32,000 nucleotides of DNA, from assembly GCA_016205145.1 (NCBI GenBank), contig JACQJH010000002.1, positions 300,001-332,000 of the forward strand. Reading direction: 5' to 3'. A program made the translations under genes and the position numbers. Positions within the stretch are counted from its first letter, which is position 1. The number at the start of each line of letters is the position of its first letter. The DNA comes from Candidatus Iainarchaeum sp. Its GTDB lineage: Archaea > Iainarchaeota > Iainarchaeia > Iainarchaeales > JACQJH01. The notes under the pieces were generated by a model. That model saw only the letters and a list, made by a program, of their open reading frames with translations, was not told the DNA's origin and did not search any database. Below are positions 1 through 6,370 of the stretch, piece by piece.

Positions 1-1
1 C

Positions 2-370
2 AAAAACCTGTCAAGCGAAAGCTTTGTCAAAAAATTCCTCCTCGAACTCGCAAAAACAATCGGCATGAAACCCATCAGCGGGCCTGCCACAATAAACTAT
101 TCCGCGGAAAAACCCGACGACAACGGCATTTCAGGCTTCATTCTCATAGCCGAATCGCACATAAGCATCCACACCTATCCCGCGCGCGCACTCGCAAAAG
201 TCGACATAGTCTCATGCAAGGAATTCGAACAGGCGCAGGCAGTGGAGTTCGTGCGGAAAAAGCTTGAAGCCGAAGACGTGGTGTGGAAAAGGATCGAGCG
301 CGGAAAAGAATACCCGAAAGACGTCGAAGAAGCCAAAGGCATAATTGACAGGGAAAGAAAAAGCGCCTGA
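2..370 (+). CDS. speH: S-adenosylmethionine decarboxylase proenzyme (pyruvoyl-dependent, SpeH type), 5' end cut by window edge
   Basis: The frame is open from nt 2, with no stop upstream of the ATG at 65. The translation ...GISGFILIAESHISIHTYPARA..VDIVSC... carries the E-S-H self-cleavage motif typical of SpeH-class AdoMetDC. The TGA stop at 368-370 lies inside hairpin 365-388. Confidence 0.85.
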   Translation, partial: KNLSSESFVKKFLLELAKTIGMKPISGPATINYSAEKPDDNGISGFILIAESHISIHTYPARALAKVDIVSCKEFEQAQAVEFVRKKLEAEDVVWKRIERGKEYPKDVEEAKGIIDRERKSA

Positions 371-583
371 ACAACGCGGACTTCAGGCCAGGCAAAAACC
401 AGATTGCCATTGAAGAGGCGACAGCACAAAAGCAGATGGGTATTGCAACGGCAATGCTCCAAGATCCAAAGATTCCGGGCACGTCGCAAAATCTTGGATT
501 TTACAAAGTACCCGTCGTCGGAACCGGCGTTGCGAGCAGGGCGAGCCAGCTACACTGCAGGGGTTGCACCCCTTGCAAACCCC

Positions 584-650
584 GCAAAGCATGCGTGGTG
601 TTCCGCAACAGCGTGAACACCACAAAACGTACCCGCCGGACGAGACGGCT
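584..650. repeat. Structured repeat family F1, copy A (inverted relative to copy B)
   Basis: 67 nt, about 94 percent identical to the reverse complement of 2902-2968. It contains the stem GTGGTGTTC(CGC-AACA-GCG)tGAACACCAC plus a small 4-5 bp / 7-nt-loop hairpin. Confidence 0.85.
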
Positions 651-667
651 GCGGACGAAACCGCCGA
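646..667. repeat. Structured repeat family F2 hairpin (stem-ACGAAA-stem), copy adjacent to F1-A
   Basis: GCGG-ACGAAA-CCGC at 651-664. The same loop sequence recurs at 7980-7997, 8014-8029 and, as the reverse complement, at 4852-4873. Confidence 0.6.
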
Positions 668-868
668 GTCAGAGGAACAGGTGCGCCGCAACAAGCACCA
701 CAATCGTTGCAACCGCAAAGCCAACCACAAACAACGGCGGGATTTTCGGCCCTTTAGTGTCCGAATCAAAAAAACGCATTATGCCCAGGCTGGAACTCGG
801 CCCTGAAACGCCCGGACCCTTTGAAAACTTGACCAACAAAAACCACCCTCTGGAAAAACCAATGAAAG

Positions 869-878
869 ATTATTTAAG
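869..878 (+). promoter_or_regulatory. TATA-like box for the 909 gene
   Basis: attatttaag lies about 35 nt upstream of the ATG at 909, inside an AT-rich patch in an otherwise GC-balanced region. Confidence 0.45.
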
Positions 879-908
879 GGGGTTACCAATAAAAATAATT
901 GGTTTGAC

Positions 909-1898
909 ATGCCGGGATTCGATTTCGGGCCGCCGATGCCCGCATACATGCCGAAAAAGGCCGCGCCGCCATCAAACCCGCTTGCGAACTTTCTCGTTCT
1001 GCTGGCGCTAATCGCAGTCCTGCTTTTTGTGGCAACCTGGACCGGCGTGATAAAATGCAACGCAGTTCCATTCTGGTGCGACACGTACTATGCCATAATG
1101 GGAAAACCGAAAGTGCTCATAGTTTACGGCAACGAAGGCCTGGGCGACCCGGAACTATTGCAGGAACTGCTCGCGGACCCGGCGTTTGTCGGAGTGAAGC
1201 CGACAATGCTGCACATCGACAGGGTCAACCTCGGAAACCTCAAACCATACGCGCTTGTAATAGTCGAAAGGGCGAAAAAAATTGAAACAAGAAAACTCCA
1301 GGACTTCATCGAATACGCCGCATCCGGCGGCAGGCTTGTTTGGACCGGGGATGCGGGCACTGAACTCGGAACAGGCGACGACTACTTGTTCGCGGATGAA
1401 AGCCCGGACGCAAACTCGAAAGAGCACAAGATAATCGGCCCCTGGACCAGGAAAGTGGGAGACACAATTGTGAGTTTCGACCAGCTCATATCAGTGAACT
1501 ACAAGGCAAATTACTGTAAAATCAAAGCCTGCCAAAAAGACAATTCAACGTCGGTCGGCAGCCTCAGGCCCGAACCGACAAGGGAGCATCCGCTGATTGC
1601 AAACCTTTCCACAAACCTTGTGCTACGCGTGTTCGACGGCGAAGACTTTGCAATAGTCAACACAACCACAGGATACGTCACAACCGAAGTGCTGACAGTC
1701 GACTACGGCGGCCAGCTGTTTGACGCCGAAAACAAGCCCGCGGGAAGCACTTCGCCGATGATAGTGGTTTCAGGCGTCGGGGAAAGAGTCGCGTACTACG
1801 CCATGCCGCCCGAACTATTCGCAAACCCCAAGCTCGCGCAAAACCAGAAATACTTCAGCATAGTGCGCAACATGTACAACGGAATGCTCGGCAAATGA
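909..1898 (+). CDS. Membrane-anchored hypothetical protein (N-terminal TM helix, extracytoplasmic alpha/beta domain; possibly ThuA/class-I-GATase-like fold), paralog of 2049..2903
   Basis: 329 aa with an ATG start. It has one TM helix (NFLVLLALIAVLLFVATWTGVI). Segments KVLIVYGNEG...YALVIVERAK...ASGGRLVWTGDAG align with equivalent segments of the next gene. There is no secure family assignment. Confidence 0.7.
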   Translation: MPGFDFGPPMPAYMPKKAAPPSNPLANFLVLLALIAVLLFVATWTGVIKCNAVPFWCDTYYAIMGKPKVLIVYGNEGLGDPELLQELLADPAFVGVKPTMLHIDRVNLGNLKPYALVIVERAKKIETRKLQDFIEYAASGGRLVWTGDAGTELGTGDDYLFADESPDANSKEHKIIGPWTRKVGDTIVSFDQLISVNYKANYCKIKACQKDNSTSVGSLRPEPTREHPLIANLSTNLVLRVFDGEDFAIVNTTTGYVTTEVLTVDYGGQLFDAENKPAGSTSPMIVVSGVGERVAYYAMPPELFANPKLAQNQKYFSIVRNMYNGMLGK

Positions 1899-1978
1899 AA
1901 CAGGCCCGCCAAAAAAATCTAACAAAAACATTTTTAAATAACAAAGAATATTATGATAGCAAATTTGGCCGAAGGAAA

Positions 1979-1988
1979 GATATTTAAA
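1979..1988 (+). promoter_or_regulatory. TATA-like box in AT-rich spacer (direct repeat gaaagatatt at 1976 and 2002)
   Basis: atatttaaag is followed about 50 nt later by a Shine-Dalgarno-like aaggtg (2038-2043), which lies 5 nt upstream of the TTG at 2049. Confidence 0.4.
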
Positions 1989-2048
1989 GACAAGAAACAA
2001 AGAAAGATATTGGTTAACAGGTTAATGGGAAAAAATTAAGGTGTTGGA

Positions 2049-2903
2049 TTGTATCCTGAAGACGCTGGCACTGAACCTTTGCCTCCCGCGCCAGGCGGCG
2101 GGTCATTCCAATCGCATGCCGGAAGAAACCTTGAAGGCATCGTTCCGCTCATTCTAATCATAATCGTTGTCGGGTTTTTGGGCCAAAGATTCGGGTTCTG
2201 GCAGATTCCGTTTCTGGACCAGAATGTTCCAACGCAAATGCTTGTAATCGGCAGCCCGGGCGGCGAACTGAGAAGCGTGCTCGACGAAGCGAAAACCCTG
2301 AGGCTCATAAATTACAGGGAACGCGATGCTGCCTCTTTCACTGTCAACCCGCGTGACCAGCTTGCACAATACAAGATTGTCATGCTCGACCAGTCGAACC
2401 AGGCCGACAAAAGCATTTCAAGCAACTTGGGGGAAGCGCTGCGCTATTTCGTTTCAACCGGCGGAAAACTCATTGTAATAAAAAATTCCGCAATCTATTT
2501 GAGCTCTGAAAGCCAGGGCATTGCATCCGACGTTGTAGGATGGCGCGCGACAATGGGCGACGTTGTTCCGGCGGAATGCGCTCCCGGAAAAAACAGCATT
2601 CCGACGTGCCTGATGCCAATCACGATCAGGGGAATAATTTTCAGGCAGGACTTCGACCACGAAATAATGGAAGGAATCGAATTCGCGCCAGCCTTGCCGG
2701 ACGTTCCGCCTTACCTGCTTGAAGTTTTTGACGTTACGCCTTCGGACAACGAAATCGCATTTGTCCGCGATGTCGTCACTGGCAAAAGCTATCCTGCGAT
2801 AACCGAAAAAACGCTTGTCGTCGGAAAAGCAATCTACTTCAACTACGACCCCGGAAAGACTCCGGAAATATTCAAGAAAACTCTGAAATACCTGTCCAAG
2901 TAG
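2049..2903 (+). CDS. Membrane-anchored hypothetical protein, distant paralog of 909..1898
   Basis: 284 aa. The only in-frame start upstream of the TM helix (IVPLILIIIVVGFLGQRF) is the TTG at 2049, which is preceded by an aaggtg SD-like motif. Architecture and several motifs are shared with the 909 gene (YKIVMLDQ...STGGKLIVIKNSA). Confidence 0.65.
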   Translation: MYPEDAGTEPLPPAPGGGSFQSHAGRNLEGIVPLILIIIVVGFLGQRFGFWQIPFLDQNVPTQMLVIGSPGGELRSVLDEAKTLRLINYRERDAASFTVNPRDQLAQYKIVMLDQSNQADKSISSNLGEALRYFVSTGGKLIVIKNSAIYLSSESQGIASDVVGWRATMGDVVPAECAPGKNSIPTCLMPITIRGIIFRQDFDHEIMEGIEFAPALPDVPPYLLEVFDVTPSDNEIAFVRDVVTGKSYPAITEKTLVVGKAIYFNYDPGKTPEIFKKTLKYLSK

Positions 2904-2968
2904 CCGTCACGTCCGGCTGGTACGCTTTGTGGTGTTCACGCTGTTGCGGAACACCACGCATGCTTTGC
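2902..2968. repeat. Structured repeat family F1, copy B (starts inside the stop codon of the 2049 gene)
   Basis: agccgtcacgtccggctggtacgctttGTGGTGTTCaCGCtgttGCGGAACACCACgcatgc. It has the same orientation as the copy that trails tRNA-Leu. A T5 run follows at 3031-3035. Confidence 0.85.
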
Positions 2969-3070
2969 TGTTCACAATAAGTGCAATCCTGCTTTCACCC
3001 GCATAAGCTGCCACGCCAACACTCGGAAACTTTTTAACGTTCAGCCGCAAAGCTGACTTGCGGAAAAAGG

Positions 3071-3078
3071 ATTATTAA
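3071..3078 (+). promoter_or_regulatory. TATA box for the MscS-like gene
   Basis: attattaa is centred about 27 nt upstream of the ATG at 3102. Confidence 0.55.
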
Positions 3079-3101
3079 CAGGGTAGCCCGTTTCTATTTC
3101 C

Positions 3102-3911
3102 ATGGGCCTTTACACGCAAATATTCATTTTCATCGCCCTCATGCTATTGGCTTTCCTGCTCGGCCAGATTTCATACTTTGCGCTATTCAGGCTGTTCAAA
3201 AACCACAGGTCAACGGCAAAAAAAATCGGGAAAGCGCTCAACTACGCGTTTTTCATTGCATTCCTTTATGTCGGCATAACCTTCGTGCTCAACCAGAACA
3301 TCGACTCCTTTGTCGCCGCGGCAGGAATAATCGGAATCGCAATTGCGCTTGCATCACAGCAGACCGCGTCAAACGTCCTTGCCGGCATAATAACCGGTTT
3401 CCAGAAAAGCCTGTCCGAAGGCGACATCATAGAATTGGACGGCAAAATGGGGCAGGTCAAGGACATAAACCTGCTTTCAGTTGAAATGAAAACCTTTGAC
3501 GGAAAAATAATGGTTATTCCAAAAGCCTATTTCATGTCAAACCCGTTCACGAACTATTCGACCGGAAAAGTGCTGCGCCTCGCCCTGCCATTGCAGGTAA
3601 GCGCAAAAGCCGACGTCAAAAAAATAAACGCAATCCTCATGGACATCTGCCTCAAGGACCCCAACGTATTGCCCGAAATACCGTATGAAACCACGTTTTT
3701 CGAAAAAATCCTGCAAAAGGAAACCGAAAAAAAAACCTACAACCCCGACGTCGTAATAAAAGGCGTTTCAGCCGACTTCTACGCAATAGAACTCCGGGTC
3801 TGGATCCACGACATAAAAAACAAGGACAAAATCGCGTCAGACCTCAACCAGACGATTTTCGAAAAATTCAAGGAAAACAAAATCGAGCTCAGGCCGGGAG
3901 CAGGCATTTGA
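3102..3911 (+). CDS. Small-conductance mechanosensitive channel (MscS family)
   Basis: 269 aa with three N-terminal TM helices. The pore-helix/beta-domain signature is IIGIAIALASQQTASNVLAGIITGFQKSLSEGDIIELDGKMGQVKDINLLSVEMKTFDGKIMVIP. Confidence 0.8.
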   Translation: MGLYTQIFIFIALMLLAFLLGQISYFALFRLFKNHRSTAKKIGKALNYAFFIAFLYVGITFVLNQNIDSFVAAAGIIGIAIALASQQTASNVLAGIITGFQKSLSEGDIIELDGKMGQVKDINLLSVEMKTFDGKIMVIPKAYFMSNPFTNYSTGKVLRLALPLQVSAKADVKKINAILMDICLKDPNVLPEIPYETTFFEKILQKETEKKTYNPDVVIKGVSADFYAIELRVWIHDIKNKDKIASDLNQTIFEKFKENKIELRPGAGI

Positions 3912-3920
3912 ACGCAAAAA

Positions 3921-3962
3921 GCGCCAAGGTTGCACAAAAAACCCGGCAAGGCGCCCTTTTTT
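3921..3962 (+). terminator. Hairpin plus T6 downstream of the MscS-like gene
   Basis: GCGCC (3921-3925) pairs with GGCGC (3950-3954) and is followed by a T6 run (3957-3962). Oligo-T is the usual archaeal termination signal. Confidence 0.5.
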
Positions 3963-4020
3963 CTGCATGGAATGCTTTTATGCCCAAAAGGCACTATTGC
4001 TAGCACACGGGGGCACAAAT

Positions 4021-4161
4021 ATGTCAAAAGCAAGAAAACATTCAAGAAATGCGGCAAGTCATAAAAAAAGGCAAAAATCTCCAAAATCGAAGGCAAAGGA
4101 CAAAGCCGGGCCTATAGGGCCCATCCCTTATGCCGAGGACAAATCTGAAGCTAAAAACTAG
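4021..4161 (+). CDS. Possible small, very basic protein (46 aa, Lys/Arg/Ser-rich)
   Basis: MSKARKHSRNAASHKKRQKSPKSKAKDKAGPIGPIPYAEDKSEAKN. A G-rich SD-like run (ggggg, 4010-4014) lies about 6 nt upstream. A 10-bp perfect hairpin with T5 in its 3' arm (4174-4222) begins 13 nt after the stop. No family is recognised. Confidence 0.35.
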   Translation: MSKARKHSRNAASHKKRQKSPKSKAKDKAGPIGPIPYAEDKSEAKN

Positions 4162-4173
4162 AAACACCGAAAC

Positions 4174-4222
4174 TGCACAAAAACGAGGTATAAACCCCTA
4201 ATTTCTGCCCCCTTTTTGTGCA
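4174..4222 (+). terminator. 10-bp perfect inverted repeat (TGCACAAAAA / TTTTTGTGCA), possibly a terminator or an operator upstream of the wHTH gene
   Basis: The stem pairs 4174-4183 with 4213-4222, with a 29-nt loop. The T5 run lies inside the 3' arm. The element sits 50-100 nt upstream of the ATG at 4276. Confidence 0.4.
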
Positions 4223-4242
4223 AAACTCCGCGCCCCGCAAGG

Positions 4243-4250
4243 TTTAAATA
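4243..4250 (+). promoter_or_regulatory. TATA box for the wHTH gene
   Basis: tttaaata is centred about 29 nt upstream of the ATG at 4276. Confidence 0.6.
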
Positions 4251-4275
4251 CATCATGACACAATCATGATAGTAC

Positions 4276-4755
4276 ATGAAGGGTCATGACTCATCCGACA
4301 TGGAGAGGCTGCTTGCCGAGGCCAGGCTTTTGGCGGAAAAGCCCGAATTGGGCGCTTTTGCCTCGGACGCCGAAATGCTTGACGAAATCAGGCGGTTTGC
4401 CGACAATCCCGTCTTTCTGGCAACTTTGATGTTCAAGCTTGCCAAGGAACGCGAGAAAACCAACAGGCTTTTGGAACAGATTTTCGACAAGTTCGACAAA
4501 ATCATGCTTTCAGTCAAATCAGAAAACCCTTCGCTCCCAACACGCGAGGGAAAGATAGAGCTCCTGCCCGGGCAGGACCAGAAAATCATCGAGGCCGTGC
4601 ACAGAAATGGCCAGGTTGAAGCCAGGCAGATAAAAGAAGAGCTTGGCTACAGGGGCCTTAACGCGGCAAGCCAGCGCTTGAACAGATTGTTCAGGGAGGG
4701 ATACCTTTCGAAAGTGCAGTCCGGAAAAAAAGTTTTGTTTTTGGCGAGGCTCTAG
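4276..4755 (+). CDS. Putative winged-helix DNA-binding protein
   Basis: 159 aa with a helical N-terminal half. The C-terminal segment QDQKIIEAVHRNGQVEARQIKEELGYRGLNAASQRLNRLFREGYLSKV looks like a MarR/TrmB-type wHTH. Confidence 0.5.
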   Translation: MKGHDSSDMERLLAEARLLAEKPELGAFASDAEMLDEIRRFADNPVFLATLMFKLAKEREKTNRLLEQIFDKFDKIMLSVKSENPSLPTREGKIELLPGQDQKIIEAVHRNGQVEARQIKEELGYRGLNAASQRLNRLFREGYLSKVQSGKKVLFLARL

Positions 4756-4772
4756 AAAGACTTTTTTCTAGA
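4751..4772 (+). terminator. Hairpin with T6 overlapping the wHTH stop codon
   Basis: TCTAGAAA (4751-4758) pairs with TTTCTAGA (4765-4772). The T6 run is at 4762-4767. Confidence 0.55.
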
Positions 4773-4851
4773 ACACCAACCCCACCTCCTTTGCCGGAAA
4801 TGACGCTTTTGTCGGGCTGCCTTTCAGGTCCCTCTTTCCTCCTTTGCCACG

Positions 4852-4959
4852 CCCGGCGGTTTCGTCCGCCGGGTCCGAAACCAAGGCGCCCCGCTTTGCG
4901 AGGCGCCGGGTAAACCGGTTTTGCGTAAAAGTGGGTCACTTGCCGACCCACGCAAAACC
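4852..4959 (+). repeat. F2-family structured element made of three consecutive hairpins
   Basis: Hairpin 1 is CCCGGCGG-TTTCGT-CCGCCGGG (4852-4873), with the mutually exclusive alternative GGTTTCG (4858-4864) / CGAAACC (4876-4882). Hairpin 2 is GGCGCC-N11-GGCGCC (4885-4907). Hairpin 3 is a bipartite stem with GGTTTTGCG (4917-4925) pairing to CGCAAAACC (4951-4959) around an inner TGGGTC/GACCCA stem. Confidence 0.6.
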
Positions 4960-5042
4960 ACTTAAATATTTCAGGGTTGCATGAATGCTCCCTGCTTCCG
5001 TCCCGGAGACTTTCACCACAACTAGCGTTTGCCATCCCCTAC

Positions 5043-5051
5043 TTTTAAATA
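5043..5051 (+). promoter_or_regulatory. TATA box for the HerA-like ATPase gene
   Basis: ttttaaata is centred about 28 nt upstream of the ATG at 5075. A second TATA-like ttaaatat lies at 4962-4969. Confidence 0.55.
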
Positions 5052-5074
5052 CGGTTTTGCCCTATTATTTGCCG

Positions 5075-6370
5075 ATGGCGTTTGAACTGAACGAGAAGCC
5101 TGCCATTATCGGCAGGAGCCTGTCCGACATTGAAAAGTACGGCGAGCAGGGCACGGCTTACATCGGAAAGGTTGTGATGTCTTCCGGCGAAAGGCCGGTG
5201 CTTGGAAGGAAAATCAGGATGGATGTTGCCAAGCCGCACCTAATACTGATTTGCGGCAAGCGCGGCGGGGGAAAGTCGTTCTCTATGGCCGTGCTCATCG
5301 AGGAAATGGCGCGCCTTCCAATGCAGGTGAGGAACCGGATTGCCGTCATTGTAATTGACACTGTCGGAATTTTCTGGAGCCTGAAAAAAGGCGATGAGCT
5401 GAATGCCGAGGAATTGTCGCAGTGGGATTTGAAGGCGCAGGCGACGGACATCAAGGTTTTGGTGCCGAAAGGCAAGCTTGACTTTTACAGGGAAAAAGAG
5501 ATTCCGGTTGACGGCGCTTTTTCGATTAAGGCTTCGGAGCTTGAGGCAAATGAGTGGATGGCCTTGTTCAAGCTGACCTGGAGGGATCCGGAAGGCGTGC
5601 TTTTGACAAGGGTCATTGAAAGCGTGAGGGAAAAGCTCGGCACTTATTTTGGGGTTGACGAAATAATTGCCGCTGCGAAATCTGACGAGGAATCGGAGTC
5701 TAACACAAGGCAGGCTTTGGTGAACCGGCTTCGCGTTGCGAAAACCTGGGGCCTGATTGAAAAGCAGGCGCCCAAAATAACGGATTTGGCGCAGGCGGGA
5801 GCAATCACTATAATCGATGTTTCGGCTTACCGGCAGACAATCGGAGCGGAGGGCACCAAGGACATCATTGTCGCATTGGTCGGCAAAAAACTGTTCGAGG
5901 AGCGCATGCTTTTCAGGAAAGAAGAGGAAATCAGGCTGATTAAGGGGAAAAAGCGCGAGAGCGGCATGCCGATTGTCTGGATGTTCATTGACGAGGCGCA
6001 CATGTTCATGCCAAAGGACGAGGAAAACATTGCGTTGAGGGTTTTGCTTGAATGGGTTCGTGTCGGAAGGCAGCCGGGCCTGTCACTGGTTTTGGCTACG
6101 CAGAGGCCGGACAAACTGCATCCGGACACGATAAGCCAGTGCGATTTGTTCATCAGCCACCGCATGACTTCGCGGCCGGATATCGACGCGGTTTCGGCTT
6201 TGCGGCCGAGCTATTTGCACAAGGATTTTGACAAGTATTATGAGGAAATGCCGCGCTCGAAGGGCTTTGCAATTATCCTGGATGACAATTCCGAAAAAAT
6301 CTGGATGACGAAAATCAGGCCCCGCTATTCGTGGGATGCCGGCGTCACGGCAAGCGCGTTCACGGATTAA
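5075..6370 (+). CDS. HerA/FtsK-superfamily P-loop ATPase (DUF87-like)
   Basis: 431 aa counted from the ATG at 5075. The track ORF starts at 4985, but that extension precedes the TATA box and is not protein-like. Walker A is ICGKRGGGKS (GKRGGGKS = 5255-5278), Walker B is VWMFIDEAH (5975-6001), and there is an ATQRP motif typical of HerA/VirB4/FtsK-type translocases. Confidence 0.8.
   Translation: MAFELNEKPAIIGRSLSDIEKYGEQGTAYIGKVVMSSGERPVLGRKIRMDVAKPHLILICGKRGGGKSFSMAVLIEEMARLPMQVRNRIAVIVIDTVGIFWSLKKGDELNAEELSQWDLKAQATDIKVLVPKGKLDFYREKEIPVDGAFSIKASELEANEWMALFKLTWRDPEGVLLTRVIESVREKLGTYFGVDEIIAAAKSDEESESNTRQALVNRLRVAKTWGLIEKQAPKITDLAQAGAITIIDVSAYRQTIGAEGTKDIIVALVGKKLFEERMLFRKEEEIRLIKGKKRESGMPIVWMFIDEAHMFMPKDEENIALRVLLEWVRVGRQPGLSLVLATQRPDKLHPDTISQCDLFISHRMTSRPDIDAVSALRPSYLHKDFDKYYEEMPRSKGFAIILDDNSEKIWMTKIRPRYSWDAGVTASAFTD

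Noticed and set aside
383-1084. ORFs in the 371-908 gap (436-1011 at 191 aa, 383-769(-) at 128 aa, 564-806 at 80 aa, and others)
   Set aside because: They are Arg/Cys/Thr-rich nonsense-like translations that overlap in multiple frames and run across the structured repeats and into the promoter of the 909 gene.
4783-4791. cacctcctt resembling the 3' end of 16S rRNA
   Set aside because: Only a 9-nt match, with no flanking rRNA-like sequence. It is treated as a motif (see finding), not as an rRNA fragment.
371-5074. SRP RNA or RNase P RNA in the long non-coding gaps (371-908 and 4756-5074)
   Set aside because: I could not find the conserved cores on either strand. These are GGAA-tetraloop helix 8 with flanking AGCA/GGA for SRP, and the GAGGAAAGUCC-type CR-I with ACAGAA for RNase P. 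aggaggaaagagggacc on the minus strand is only a superficial resemblance. A covariance-model search is still needed.
5240-6001. 253-aa minus-strand ORF antisense to the HerA-like ATPase, and the similar 252-aa ORF at 25129-25887 antisense to the GNAT gene
   Set aside because: The sense-strand products carry clear family motifs (Walker A/B and ATQRP; YDLGVGDEPYKKQWG). The antisense translations have no recognisable motif and are compositionally odd.
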